Below are positions 19,228 through 29,254 of a DNA stretch of 64,000 bases, piece after piece (positions within the stretch are counted from its first letter, which is position 1; each line of letters begins with the position of its first letter). Source of the stretch: Deltaproteobacteria bacterium (GTDB taxonomy: Bacteria > Desulfobacterota > Binatia > UBA1149 > CAYXZP01); assembly GCA_046583395.1 (NCBI GenBank), contig JAYGCK010000004.1, forward strand, positions 337-64,336, written 5' to 3'. The notes under the pieces are model-generated. The model made no database searches, was not told where the DNA came from, and saw only the letters and a program-made list of their open reading frames with translations. The position numbers and the translations under genes were made by a program.

Positions 19228-20126
19228 CCCCCGACCGACGAACGCTTGCCGGCTTTCTTCACCGCGGCGCGCGGCACTATCTCGGTCCCGACGCCCTTGT
19301 CCGTGAATATCTCGAGCAGGACGGCATGCGTGACCCGCCCGTCTATTATGTGGACCTGCGAGACGCCCCCGGCGGTGGCCCTGAGTGCCGATTCAATCTT
19401 GGGCAGCATGCCGCCCTTGATGACGCCGCTCTTGATCTGTTGCCGGGCCTCGGAGGCCGAGAGCTTGGCCTGCAAGGAGCCGCTTTGGCCGCGCACTCCG
19501 GCGACGTCGGTTAGTATCATCAGCTTGTCGGCCGCCAGCCCTACGGCAATCTCGGCGGCCGCGGTGTCGGCGTTGACGTTGTAGCTCAGCCCTTCCTCGT
19601 CGACCCCAAGCGGGGCGATGACCGGGATACGCGCGCTGGCCGTGAGTCCCTCTATCATGTCGGAGCATACCGATTCGACGTGGCCGACCCGGCCGAGGTC
19701 GGGTTCTCCGCGTTTGCTTCCGAGACGGCGGACGTTGAGGGCCTTGCCGTTGCGGCTGCCGAGACCGACGGCCTTGCCGCCGTGCGATTTGATGAGGTTG
19801 ACGATCTCGCGATTGATCGTGGTCCCGAGCACGCGCTCGACCACTCGCATCGCCTTGTCGTCGGTGACCCGCCGGCCGTCGATGAAGCGGCTCTCGATAC
19901 CCTCGCTCTTAAGGGCGCTCTCTATCTGCGGTCCGCCGCCGTGCACGACCACCGGGCGCAGGCCGAGCGATTGGAGCAGTACGATGTCCTCGGCGAAGCC
20001 CGCCTGGAGCTTGCGCTCGACCATGGCATTGCCGCCGTACTTGATGACGACCGTGGTGCCGGCAAAGCGCTGGATGTAGGGCAGCGCCTCGAGCAGGACC
20101 TTGGCCTTGGCTATGAGCTTTTCCAT
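19224..20126 (-). CDS. argB: Acetylglutamate kinase
   Basis: VIKYGGNAM ... VVHGGGPQI ... NVNADTAA. Confidence 0.9.
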   Translation of the reverse strand: MEKLIAKAKVLLEALPYIQRFAGTTVVIKYGGNAMVERKLQAGFAEDIVLLQSLGLRPVVVHGGGPQIESALKSEGIESRFIDGRRVTDDKAMRVVERVLGTTINREIVNLIKSHGGKAVGLGSRNGKALNVRRLGSKRGEPDLGRVGHVESVCSDMIEGLTASARIPVIAPLGVDEEGLSYNVNADTAAAEIAVGLAADKLMILTDVAGVRGQSGSLQAKLSASEARQQIKSGVIKGGMLPKIESALRATAGGVSQVHIIDGRVTHAVLLEIFTDKGVGTEIVPRAAVKKAGKRSSVGG

Positions 20127-20159
20127 TCCCGGGTATGTCCCCGGGCGGCCCGGGGAAGC

Positions 20160-21506
20160 TCAGAGTATATAGCGGGAGAGGTCTTGGTCTTCCAAGATCG
20201 GGCCGAGGCGTTCGCGAACATACTCGGCATCCACGGTCACGGTCGTATCGGAGCGTTCCGGGGCCGAGAAGGATATCTCGTCCAGGAGTCTCTCCATGAT
20301 CGTGTGCAGACGCCGGGCACCGATGTTCTCGGCCTGGGAGTTGACCTGGGCAGCGGCCGAAGCCAGCGCCTGGAGCGCCGAGTCCTCGAATATCAGCCGG
20401 ACGTTCTCGGTGCCGAGCAACTCGACGTACTGGCGGGTCAGCGAGTTCTGGGGTTCGCTCAATATCCGCACGAAGTCTTCCTCGCTGAGCGCTTCGAGTT
20501 CCACACGGATGGGGAAGCGGCCCTGGAACTCCGGGATGAGGTCGGCGGGCTTGGATGCGGTGAAGGCGCCCGAGGCCACGAACAGTATATGGTCGGTCCG
20601 GACCATCCCGTGCCTGGTCTTGACGCTCGACCCTTCGACTATGGGCAGTAGGTCGCGCTGCACGCCTTCGCGGGAGACGTCGGGCCCGCTGTGGGCGGCG
20701 TCCCGGCCGCAAATCTTGTCGATTTCGTCGATGAAGACTATGCCGTTCTCCTGAACCCTGGCCACGGCCTCGGCGGCGACCTTCTGCATGTCGACGAGGC
20801 TCTGGGCCTCCTGCTCCGACATTATCTCGAGGGCCTCTTTGACGGTTGCTTTGCGGGGGCGCGACTCGCGCATGCCGCCCATCATGTTGGTGATCGACTC
20901 GCGCAGGTTCTGACCGGCCTCTTCGAGGTTGTCGGGCGTGATGACCTCGAGCATGGTCGCACCCGCGGGCATCTGCGGCTCTATCTCGACGTCACGTTCG
21001 TCGAGCTTGCCGGCACGCAGAAGCTTGCGAAGTTTCTCGCGGGTGCCGTCGTTCTCGGGCTGCGACTGCGGGCCGCCCGGACCCTGCGGCGTGGCTATCT
21101 CGCCGGGCAGCAACATGTCGAGCACCCGTTCCTCGGCGATGTTGCGGGCCTTGACCTCGACCTTGGCGGCCTCTTCCTCACGCACCATATCGACGGCCAG
21201 CTCGGTAAGGTCGCGAATGATCGACTCGACATCGCGGCCCACGTAGCCGACCTCGGTAAAGCGCGATGCTTCGACCTTTATGAACGGGGCCTGGGCAAGC
21301 CGGGCCAGACGGCGCGAGATTTCGGTCTTTCCGACCCCGGTCGGGCCTATCATTATGATGTTCTTGGGCGCAATCTCCTCGCGTAGTTCTTCGGGGACCT
21401 GTAATCGCCGCCAGCGGTTCCGAAGTGCGATGGCCACGGCACGCTTGGCGTTGTTCTGTCCGACGATGTAGCGGTCGAGCTCGGACACAATCTCGCGGGG
21501 CGTCAT
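20160..21506 (-). CDS. hslU: ATP-dependent protease ATPase subunit HslU
   Basis: [17 protein letters not shown] ... [13 protein letters not shown] ... the start is chosen at MTPRE. Confidence 0.9.
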   Translation of the reverse strand: MTPREIVSELDRYIVGQNNAKRAVAIALRNRWRRLQVPEELREEIAPKNIIMIGPTGVGKTEISRRLARLAQAPFIKVEASRFTEVGYVGRDVESIIRDLTELAVDMVREEEAAKVEVKARNIAEERVLDMLLPGEIATPQGPGGPQSQPENDGTREKLRKLLRAGKLDERDVEIEPQMPAGATMLEVITPDNLEEAGQNLRESITNMMGGMRESRPRKATVKEALEIMSEQEAQSLVDMQKVAAEAVARVQENGIVFIDEIDKICGRDAAHSGPDVSREGVQRDLLPIVEGSSVKTRHGMVRTDHILFVASGAFTASKPADLIPEFQGRFPIRVELEALSEEDFVRILSEPQNSLTRQYVELLGTENVRLIFEDSALQALASAAAQVNSQAENIGARRLHTIMERLLDEISFSAPERSDTTVTVDAEYVRERLGPILEDQDLSRYIL

Positions 21507-21517
21507 CGGGTGAAAGT

Positions 21518-22048
21518 TCACGGCAGTTTCTCCACGGTCAGTGACCCGTTGGTGAAGACGCAGATGTCGGCGGCAATCTTCATCGATTCGGAGGCTATTT
21601 CTTCGGCTCCTAGTTCGGTTCGTGCCATCAGCGCGCGTGCGGCGGCCAGGGCGTAGGAGCCGCCGGAACCGATGGCGAGGATGCCGTCGTCGGGTTCGAT
21701 GACGTCGCCCGCTCCCGAGACCAGTAAAGAGGTGTCCTTGTCGGCGACCACGAGTGTCGCCTCCAGGCGGCGCAGTACGCGGTCGCTGCGCCAGTCCTTG
21801 GCCAGTTCGACGGCCGCTCGCATCAGGTTGCCGCTGTATTGCTCGAGCTTGCCCTCGAACTTCTCGAACAGGGTGAAGGCGTCGGCCGTGGCACCGGCGA
21901 AGCCTCCCAGCACCTTGCCGTCGTAGATTCGGCGGACCTTGCGGGCCGAGTGTTTGAGGACGGTGTCACCGAGGGTGACCTGGCCGTCCCCGGCCAGGGC
22001 GACCTCGTCTCCACGTCGCACCGCGATTATCGTCGTTCCATGGAACAT
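21518..22048 (-). CDS. hslV: ATP-dependent protease subunit HslV (CodW-like N-terminus [10 protein letters not shown])
   Basis: [23 protein letters not shown] ... [14 protein letters not shown]. Three residues (FHG) precede the catalytic Thr-Thr, as in B. subtilis CodW (MSSFHATT). Confidence 0.85.
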   Translation of the reverse strand: MFHGTTIIAVRRGDEVALAGDGQVTLGDTVLKHSARKVRRIYDGKVLGGFAGATADAFTLFEKFEGKLEQYSGNLMRAAVELAKDWRSDRVLRRLEATLVVADKDTSLLVSGAGDVIEPDDGILAIGSGGSYALAAARALMARTELGAEEIASESMKIAADICVFTNGSLTVEKLP

Positions 22049-22106
22049 CCTGAGCTTGTAACCACTCGGAACGACAATGCCAGTCTTTTTTTGCCGTCGG
22101 CGGGGG

Positions 22107-23156
22107 TCAGGCCCGCGGATGGGCCTTGTCGTATACGGCCGATAGCCGCTTGAGGTCGAGGTGGGTGTAGCGCTGGGTGGTCGAGATAGAGGCATGGCCG
22201 AGCATTTCCTGGATGGCCCTCAGGTCGGCCCCCTGCTCGAGAAGGTGGGTGGCAAAGCTGTGGCGCAGCGTGTGCGGTCCGGCCTTGGCCTGGATGCCGG
22301 CCCGGGCCAGGACCCTGGTCACCACCCGGGCCAGGCTGCGCGAGCTCAGCCTCGAGCCGCGATTGTTGAGGAATACCGGTGCTTCGTTGCCGGGGTGCTC
22401 ATTGCGGCCGGCGGCGGCCGCGGTTTCCAGCGCATGCCGGTACTCGGTGAGCGCATCGAGCGCGGCCGGGCCCACCGGGACCACCCGCTGCTTGCCGCCC
22501 TTGCCGTGTTCGACCCGAACCACGCCGAGCTCGAAGTCGATGTTCCTCCAGTCGAGCGCCACACACTCCGAGGCCCTCAGCCCGCAGGAGTAAAGGACCT
22601 CCAGAAGCGCGCGGTCACGCAGTCCGAGCCGGGTCTTGGCCGGGCCAGTGCCGGCCTGGTCGCCGAGTGCGGCCGCCAAGAGACTCTCGACGTCCTCGAG
22701 GTCGAGGCAGGTCGGTAGCCTGGACCCGGTCTTGGGAGCCGACAGGGGTTCGGTCGGGTCGGCCCCGCCGGTCTCACGGGCCAGGTAGGCGAAGAAGCTC
22801 TTGAGGGAGGCCAGTTTGCGGGCCACCGTGGTGCGCCCGGCGGTCTCCAGGGAGTCGGCTACGAAGGAGCGCAGCACCGCGGTCGAGGCCGAGCCTGCGC
22901 TCTTCGGACCGCGCAAGAGACCGCGTCCGGCCATGAAGTTTAGGAACTGGCCGAGGTCGGCAAGGTAGGCCGACCGGGTCCGCTCGGCCAGTCCGGCCTC
23001 GGTCTCTAGATAACGGGCAAATCCCGCCGCTTCGGCCGCCACCGGGTGTCCGGCCGGCAAAGCGTCCACGATGCTGTCGAGCACGCGGCCGGGCCGCCCG
23101 CCCGTAGGTCCGCGGCTGGCCACGGGCCGTTCCTTTCTTGAGCCTTTCTTGGGCAC
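22107..23156 (-). CDS. xerC: Tyrosine recombinase XerC
   Basis: [37 protein letters not shown] is the C-terminal catalytic box. It is in a conserved position next to hslVU. Confidence 0.85.
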   Translation of the reverse strand: MPKKGSRKERPVASRGPTGGRPGRVLDSIVDALPAGHPVAAEAAGFARYLETEAGLAERTRSAYLADLGQFLNFMAGRGLLRGPKSAGSASTAVLRSFVADSLETAGRTTVARKLASLKSFFAYLARETGGADPTEPLSAPKTGSRLPTCLDLEDVESLLAAALGDQAGTGPAKTRLGLRDRALLEVLYSCGLRASECVALDWRNIDFELGVVRVEHGKGGKQRVVPVGPAALDALTEYRHALETAAAAGRNEHPGNEAPVFLNNRGSRLSSRSLARVVTRVLARAGIQAKAGPHTLRHSFATHLLEQGADLRAIQEMLGHASISTTQRYTHLDLKRLSAVYDKAHPRA

Positions 23157-23164
23157 CCCAGGCT

Positions 23165-23980
23165 ATGGTATCAACTAGCGCCGTGGGCCCTCAAGTCGGC
23201 AGTGCACCAGCGAGCGAGCGAGTCGAGTTTCCCAGCCGCAGGGGCTCCAACCTGGTCGGCGACCTTCATCGCGGCAGGCCCGGCGGGCCGGCCATGCTGC
23301 TCTGCCACGGCATGGAGTCTAGCCGTGGCGGTGACAAGCAGCTGGCCATCACCGAGCGTTTCATTCCGCTCGGTCTTACGGTCCTGCGTTTCGATTTCTC
23401 GTACGTCGGTGAGTCCGAGGGGGTCTTCGAGGACATCAGCATCAGCGGCGAGATGGCCGACGCGCTCGGTGCGGTCGATTTTATCCAGAACTTCTTGCCC
23501 TCGCGCTTGACGCTGGTCGGCTCGAGCATGGGCGGTGCGGTGGCCTTGCTCGTGGCCGCCGCTGCAAGCCATGTGGTCGATGCTGTGGCCACCATCGCCG
23601 CGGTCGGCCATGCTTCGCTCTTCCTCGAGGGTCTGGCTCCGGCCGAGCTCGACCAGTGGCGGCGTTCGGGGCGCCGGCGCTGGCGAGAAAGCTGGGTCGG
23701 AACCGGGCTCCTCGATGACGCCGAACGTATCGACATCCTGGCCGCGGTCAGTTCAGCACCCCAGCCCTTGCTGGTGATGCACGGCGAGGCCGACGCCTCG
23801 GTCCCGCTCCAGCACGGCCGCGACATAGCCGGTGCGGCCGGCGACCGGGCCGAGTTCGAGGTCTTCGAAGGTGTGGGGCACCGCTTCGACGGTCCCGGGC
23901 AGCTCGAGTCGCTGATAGAACGTCTGGCGACCTGGATGGGGGACCAGGGCCTTTGCGACCCGGGTAACGGCCTTGCCTGA
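23165..23980 (+). CDS. Alpha/beta hydrolase
   Basis: GSSMGG nucleophile elbow, HGEAD, GVGHRF. The start is uncertain; the most upstream start at 23138 would overlap xerC. Confidence 0.7.
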   Translation: MVSTSAVGPQVGSAPASERVEFPSRRGSNLVGDLHRGRPGGPAMLLCHGMESSRGGDKQLAITERFIPLGLTVLRFDFSYVGESEGVFEDISISGEMADALGAVDFIQNFLPSRLTLVGSSMGGAVALLVAAAASHVVDAVATIAAVGHASLFLEGLAPAELDQWRRSGRRRWRESWVGTGLLDDAERIDILAAVSSAPQPLLVMHGEADASVPLQHGRDIAGAAGDRAEFEVFEGVGHRFDGPGQLESLIERLATWMGDQGLCDPGNGLA

Positions 23981-24269
23981 GCCCGTCACGCTATCCTGTC
24001 ACCGCTGCTCGGAGCTTCACGAGGTTGAGGGGCCGGTCCCGCGGTCGGCGCTTTGCAGCGCTTGTGGGGTAGAACTGCGCTGCTGTATGAACTGCCGCTT
24101 TTACGACAGTTCGGCCTACAACGATTGTTCCGAACCGGCGGCCGACCGGGTGGTGGAAAAAGACAAGGCCAACTTCTGTGATTACTTCAGTGCCGGTGCC
24201 GGCAGCGGCGGTACCAAAGGCCGGAGCCCGGACGCGGCCGGCCAGCTCGAGGGCCTGTTCAAGAAATGA
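23973..24269 (+). CDS. Small Cys-rich (Zn-ribbon-like) protein, 98 aa, TTG start
   Basis: CHRC-x17-CSAC ... CCMNC ... C ... C. The strong GC3 bias supports coding. The TTG overlaps the hydrolase stop. The downstream lipoprotein gene overlaps by ATGA. Confidence 0.45.
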   Translation: MPEPVTLSCHRCSELHEVEGPVPRSALCSACGVELRCCMNCRFYDSSAYNDCSEPAADRVVEKDKANFCDYFSAGAGSGGTKGRSPDAAGQLEGLFKK

Positions 24270-24691
24270 GACCGCGGCCCGTTCGATGGTCCGTTCCGCG
24301 GGCCGCGCTGCTGGTCGCGTTGGCCACTGTGGTCGCCGCCTGCGGTGCGCCCGACCGCAACTCGCGTTCGGCTGCCCGGGCCTTCCTCGACCGGCACTAC
24401 GTCGCCATCGACCTCGATGCGGCCCGTGGGCTGACCGTGTCGTTGGCCGCGAGCAAGATTGCCGACGAGATAGAACTCACCCGTGGATTTGTCATCGATG
24501 CCGGGGTGGCCAAGCCGCGGATCAACTACAGCTTGGCCCGTTCGGACGAGGCCGAACTCAAGGCGCGTTATGTTTACGAGCTGACCATCCGGCCGCCTGG
24601 GCTGGAGCCCTTCGCCAAACTGGTCACCCTGAGCCTGAGGTCGACCGCCGATGGCTGGCGGGTGACCAACTATTCTGAATCGGATCCCTAG
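24266..24691 (+). CDS. Hypothetical lipoprotein
   Basis: LLVALATVVAACG lipobox. It is translationally coupled to the upstream small ORF. Confidence 0.5.
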   Translation: MRPRPVRWSVPRAALLVALATVVAACGAPDRNSRSAARAFLDRHYVAIDLDAARGLTVSLAASKIADEIELTRGFVIDAGVAKPRINYSLARSDEAELKARYVYELTIRPPGLEPFAKLVTLSLRSTADGWRVTNYSESDP

Positions 24692-24696
24692 GCCGG

Positions 24697-25485
24697 CTAG
24701 CGTCCGGTGAAACGAGGGTCGCGTTTCTCGAGCACCGCGGCCAATCCCTCGCGAGCGTCCTCGGTGGTAAAGGTCTCGGCCTGAGCGCTGGCCTCGCGTT
24801 CCAGCGCGGCCTCCAGGTCGCAGCGCTCGCTAGCGGCCAGCGAGCGCTTGACCGAACGCACCGCCAGGGGTGCCGCCGCGGCGACCTCGGCGGCAAGGCC
24901 ATCGACCACTTCGTCGAAGTCCTCGCCCGCGATGCGATTGACGAGTCCCATGCGGTAGGCCTCCTGGGCGTCGATTACCCTGCCTGTGAACAACAGTTCG
25001 GCCGCGCGTGCGGAACCGGCCAGCCGGGGTAGTGTCCAGGTGGCGGCCATACCGGGGTGGATGCCCAGGCGGGTAAAGGTCATTCCCACCTTGGCGCGCT
25101 CGTGTATGACCCGCATATCGCAGGCCAGGGCCAGGCATAGTCCGGCCCCGATGGCGTGCCCGTTTATCGCGGCGATGGTCGGTACCTCGAGCTGGCGTAC
25201 CGAGAGGAACAGCTTGTAGAACTTGAGCCCGCCACCGAGGCCTGGCGCGTCGCTATCGACGCCGGTCTCGCTGGCCAGGGACTTGAGGTTTCCCCCGGCA
25301 CTGAAGGCCTTGCCGGCCCCACTAACGATGACGACCCGGGTTCCGGGGGCGGAGTTTATTTCGGAGACGGCTGCCGACATCTCGTGGCCCATCTCGGGGC
25401 TCATCGCGTTACGTAGCTCGGGCCGGTTGAGGGTGAGCCGGGTGATGCCCTCGTGGGACTGGAGGGTCAGTTGTTCGAACGGCAT
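24697..25485 (-). CDS. Enoyl-CoA hydratase/isomerase (crotonase) family protein
   Basis: Crotonase-fold motifs: VIVSGAGKAFSAGGNL, AINGHAIGAG. Confidence 0.85.
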   Translation of the reverse strand: MPFEQLTLQSHEGITRLTLNRPELRNAMSPEMGHEMSAAVSEINSAPGTRVVIVSGAGKAFSAGGNLKSLASETGVDSDAPGLGGGLKFYKLFLSVRQLEVPTIAAINGHAIGAGLCLALACDMRVIHERAKVGMTFTRLGIHPGMAATWTLPRLAGSARAAELLFTGRVIDAQEAYRMGLVNRIAGEDFDEVVDGLAAEVAAAAPLAVRSVKRSLAASERCDLEAALEREASAQAETFTTEDAREGLAAVLEKRDPRFTGR

Positions 25486-25584
25486 GGCAAGGGTTTGATA
25501 GCGGCAGTCCGCAGCAATACACTCGACCGTTCCGTAGCGTTGCCCGGCGGGCCAGTCAACGCCACCTCGGTCACTTTCGAGTCT

Positions 25585-27618
25585 ATGCGTAAGCTCTCCC
25601 TAACCGTCGCTGTTCTTGTGGCGGCAGCGGTCTCGTTCGCGTTGTCCAACCTCAAGGCCGAGGTCCGGCGTTCGGCCGACCAGTACGCTGCCGAATTGTC
25701 CGAGCGCAGCGGCGCTCGGCTGGCCGTAGGCGAGCTTGGCTTCGACCTGTTCCCGTTCCCGGCCGTCGAGCTGCGGCGTCTCGAACTCGGAGCATCCGCG
25801 GAAGGAGCGAGCGGTCTCCGCGTTCGAGCACTGCGGGTCTATCCCCGCCTGCTCCCGCTCTTGGCCGGGCGTGCGGTGGTTTCGCGGCTGCACGCCAGTG
25901 GCGTCGAGCTGGTGGTGCGCAGGAACGAGGCCGGGAAGATGGAGATACCCCCCTTGGCCGCGGCACGTCTGGCCCCCGGCCGGGGAGGACGGATAACCAT
26001 CGATCGCTCGCGGCTGCTCATCGAGGATATGAGCGGGCGCGTTCCGGCAAGGCTCGAGGTCGTCGGTCTCAAGCTCGAACTTACGGCCGAGGAGACGGCC
26101 ACGGTGTTCACACTCGAAGGCGCCCCACTCGGAACTGGCTCGCGTTTGCGCGCTTCGGGGCGCGTCAGCGGCCAGGCCGGTGAGATAGACGCGAAATTTT
26201 CGATAAGGCGGGGACGGGTCGACACGCTAGTGGCCGCGTTTCCCTCGCTCGGGGGCTTGACCTTTGATGGTCCGGTATCGCTAAGCGGAACCGTTCGCGG
26301 CCCGCTTGCCACTTTCCGTGCTCCGACCGACGACTTGGCTGAAGGGGCTCCTCCCGAGCCCGTGGACGTCGAGCTGGAGGCCGCTTCCGGTCTGCGGCTC
26401 TACGGGGTGGGGGGCGATGCCGGGCTCGAGGCTCGTCTTGCCTTGGATGGCAGGCGTCTGGTGATGCGTGAGGGCCGCTTGGTCTGGGGCGGGCTCGAGG
26501 CCGGGCTGTCGGGATGGACCGAGACGCGGACCGGCGGCCGGATGTCGCTCAGGCTGTCCTTCGAGGGTGTGGATCTGCCCGGTCAGCTCGACGACCTGGG
26601 CCTGCCGCTGCCGTGGCCGGCCGAAGCGGTGTTCGATGGCCTGCTGCGTATCGACGGGACCCGCGAGAAACCGCGGATGTCGTATCGTGCGGTGGCCGAC
26701 GGGGTTTTGCTGGCCAAGGACACCGCCTGGGCGGCCGAGGCCGGACGGGTCGAGGTCAACGGCACTATAAAGGCGATTAACGCCGATTTCTCGGCCTCCT
26801 TTGGAATCGACGGTCTGCAAGTCGGCTCAACCTATCTCGATAAGGCCCGGGTAGGGACGCTCTACTGGCGCGACAAGGTGACCATAACTGCACTCGAGAG
26901 CCCCGTCTTTGGCGGCAAGACCAGTTTGAGCGCGGTGATATATCCGGATGAGGATTGGCGGGTCGAAGGCGGGGTGGTCCTAAGCGACGTAGATGCGGCC
27001 CGCGTGGCCACCGTCCTCGGCCTTGCCGCCGGGCGTTTGCCCCGAGGACGGCTCGATGCGCTCGGCCACTATGGCAGGGACCAGGGGCGTGCCTGGGGAC
27101 AGGCGCGCGTGGCCTTCCATCTGGGCGCTATTCCCGGCCCTTCGCCGGTCGATGCCGTGGCCGAACAACTGTTGTCCGCCCCGGCCGGTTTCCAACCCGC
27201 GCCCTGGTCCTTCGAGCGGCTGGCCTTCGATGCCGAACGCGAGGTCGAGGGCTGGCGAGTGGCCGCCTTTGCGGCCGAGAGCATCGACGGCCGTTTCGAC
27301 GGGGCGGGCAGGGTCGGTGACGACGGCCAGGCGCTGCTCACCGGCCAGGTCTCGTTCGATGCCGCGACCGCCGCCCGCATGGTGGTCGAGAGCCCGGAGC
27401 TGGCAGGATTGCTCGGTGAGGATGGAACACTGGTCGTGGGCGTTGGCGTCAGCGGGACGCTCGGTCAGATGGAGGTCCGGCCCGACCAAGAGTTTGGCGC
27501 CGAGCTGGCCCGCCTGCGCGCCGGGTTGCCCGTCGTCTGGCCACGGCCCCCGCGTCAACAGCCACGGGGCGGCATCGAGGTAGACCTGCCGGGCCTCGTG
27601 GAACACTTCGGCCGCTGA
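25585..27618 (+). CDS. AsmA-family outer-membrane biogenesis protein (N-terminal TM anchor)
   Basis: MRKLSLTVAVLVAAAVSFALSNL then a long periplasmic region typical of AsmA-like proteins. The family call is by resemblance only. Confidence 0.55.
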   Translation: MRKLSLTVAVLVAAAVSFALSNLKAEVRRSADQYAAELSERSGARLAVGELGFDLFPFPAVELRRLELGASAEGASGLRVRALRVYPRLLPLLAGRAVVSRLHASGVELVVRRNEAGKMEIPPLAAARLAPGRGGRITIDRSRLLIEDMSGRVPARLEVVGLKLELTAEETATVFTLEGAPLGTGSRLRASGRVSGQAGEIDAKFSIRRGRVDTLVAAFPSLGGLTFDGPVSLSGTVRGPLATFRAPTDDLAEGAPPEPVDVELEAASGLRLYGVGGDAGLEARLALDGRRLVMREGRLVWGGLEAGLSGWTETRTGGRMSLRLSFEGVDLPGQLDDLGLPLPWPAEAVFDGLLRIDGTREKPRMSYRAVADGVLLAKDTAWAAEAGRVEVNGTIKAINADFSASFGIDGLQVGSTYLDKARVGTLYWRDKVTITALESPVFGGKTSLSAVIYPDEDWRVEGGVVLSDVDAARVATVLGLAAGRLPRGRLDALGHYGRDQGRAWGQARVAFHLGAIPGPSPVDAVAEQLLSAPAGFQPAPWSFERLAFDAEREVEGWRVAAFAAESIDGRFDGAGRVGDDGQALLTGQVSFDAATAARMVVESPELAGLLGEDGTLVVGVGVSGTLGQMEVRPDQEFGAELARLRAGLPVVWPRPPRQQPRGGIEVDLPGLVEHFGR

Positions 27619-27628
27619 GTTCTGACAG

Positions 27629-27946
27629 ATGGGTCTGGCGCTAACAGCCGCGCTGTTGCTCGCTCTCGGTTTTTCGGGCTACCGCTTTTTCTCGCGGCGT
27701 TCCCATCAGAGCCGCTGGCGGCGCCTGCCCGGAGGAAGCCCCGAGTCGGCGATGCCGGTGTCCTCTTTCGATGAGCTAGATAGCGAACTTATCCGTAGGC
27801 GTTGTCACTGCGGGGGGCGTTACGACCGTCATGGCGAAGGTCCGGTAGGGGCCGAGGGGCGTGTGCTGAGGTCGGTGGCGGTCGAGTGCCGACGCTGCGA
27901 GGAACGGACACGCGTGTACTTCGACCTGACCGTGGTCTACCACTGA
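27629..27946 (+). CDS. Small membrane-anchored Zn-ribbon protein
   Basis: N-terminal TM helix (LALTAALLLALGFSGY), then CHCGG ... CRRCE. Confidence 0.4.
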   Translation: MGLALTAALLLALGFSGYRFFSRRSHQSRWRRLPGGSPESAMPVSSFDELDSELIRRRCHCGGRYDRHGEGPVGAEGRVLRSVAVECRRCEERTRVYFDLTVVYH

Positions 27947-27950
27947 GACC

Positions 27951-28253
27951 GTGGCGGTACCGGCGTTCCATTTTGACGAGGAACTCGAAGCCTCGACCTT
28001 GTTCTTCAGCGTCCCCAAAAAGAACGCGGTGTGGGTGCGCGCGATACTCGATTCCTATGAAACGCTGGGGGTGGTGCGCTCCGAGGACCCGGAGTTGGAA
28101 GGCGACCGTTCGCTCATGGTCTTCATCTCGGTTCCCGACATGGTCGGTGACAGTGTTCCGGTCTTTGAAGAGCTGGCCCGGCTTGCCGATGTCGAGTTCG
28201 TTCGCGCCGATGCCCGCCTGCTCGCTCAGTTGCGCTGCGAACTTGCGGCCTGA
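27951..28253 (+). CDS. DUF4911 domain protein
   Basis: Resembles the DUF4911 family that recurs in deltaproteobacterial genomes (LFFSVPKKNAVWVRAILDSYETLGVVRSEDPELEGDRSLMVFISVPD). It overlaps the tatC 3' end convergently by 28 nt. Confidence 0.55.
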   Translation: MAVPAFHFDEELEASTLFFSVPKKNAVWVRAILDSYETLGVVRSEDPELEGDRSLMVFISVPDMVGDSVPVFEELARLADVEFVRADARLLAQLRCELAA

Positions 28254-28981
28254 CCCACCGCCCAGGCCACCGCGACCGAGAGCATGTAGAGGGTCAGCAG
28301 CGGGCCGACCATTAGCAGTTGCGAGACCACGTCGGGCGGAGTGAGTAAGGCCGAGGCTATGAACAGCACGAGCACGGCGTAACGGAATTGCGCCAGCAGG
28401 GTACGGTGGGTGACTACCCCCATGCGTGCCAGAAAGAAGGTCACCACCGGCATCTCAAAGGTCAGTCCGAAGGCGAGCAATAGGCGGGAGGAAAACGAGA
28501 GGTATTCGGTTATGCGGATGGCCGGTGCGACCTCGATGCGCGCATACTCCGACAGAAAGAAAGGGAACCCGACCGGGAACACGGTGCTGTAACAAAATCC
28601 CGCGCCGGCCAGGAAGAACACCGTGCCGAAGACTACGAAAGGACCTACGTACTGGACCTCCCTCCTTTTTAATGCCGGCAGTACAAACATCCAGCCCTGA
28701 TAGAGAACGACCGGAAGCGCGACGAAAACGGCCGCTATGAAGGCCACCTTGAGGCGGGTGAAGAATGCTTCGGCCACCCCGGTGCCAATCAGCTCGACCC
28801 CCAGCTCGTTTGCGTGGGTACCCGCACCGGCGGCAAGCAGCGGGGCCGTCAGGAGGTCGAACAAGAACTCCGCGTTGGGGTAACAAAGGGCAAAGGCGGC
28901 GGCCACGGCCAGAAGGGCGCGGGCCAGTCGGCGGCGCAGTTCCTCGAGGTGGCCGCTGAGCGGAAGCTCGACGTCGGCCAT
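28226..28981 (-). CDS. tatC: Sec-independent protein translocase TatC
   Basis: LEELRRRLARAL, six TM segments, typical TatC. Confidence 0.9.
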   Translation of the reverse strand: MADVELPLSGHLEELRRRLARALLAVAAAFALCYPNAEFLFDLLTAPLLAAGAGTHANELGVELIGTGVAEAFFTRLKVAFIAAVFVALPVVLYQGWMFVLPALKRREVQYVGPFVVFGTVFFLAGAGFCYSTVFPVGFPFFLSEYARIEVAPAIRITEYLSFSSRLLLAFGLTFEMPVVTFFLARMGVVTHRTLLAQFRYAVLVLFIASALLTPPDVVSQLLMVGPLLTLYMLSVAVAWAVGQAASSQRN

Positions 28982-29208
28982 CAGTCGTCTTTGTCGTCCT
29001 CGTGGGCGGCCTGCCGGGCCTCCTCCTCGAGCATGATACGCGCGTTGTCGAGTTCTTCGGTGACGTCGCCGGTGGCACGCCGGAATTCGGCCAGACCGCG
29101 GCCGAGCGAACGAGCCAACTCGGGTAGCTTCTTTGGGCCGATGACCAAAAGTGCCACCACCAAGATGACGATCAGCTCAGTCGCGCCTATTCCGAACACA
29201 GGGCCCAA
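28981..29208 (-). CDS. tatA: Sec-independent protein translocase TatA/E (TTG start)
   Basis: (M)[52 protein letters not shown] Shine-Dalgarno sits 10 nt upstream of the TTG. The stop overlaps the tatC ATG by 1 nt. Confidence 0.7.
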   Translation of the reverse strand: MGPVFGIGATELIVILVVALLVIGPKKLPELARSLGRGLAEFRRATGDVTEELDNARIMLEEEARQAAHEDDKDD

Positions 29209-29254
29209 GTGAACGCTTTCACCTCGGCTGTCAACCCGTGATAGACCGGCGGTC

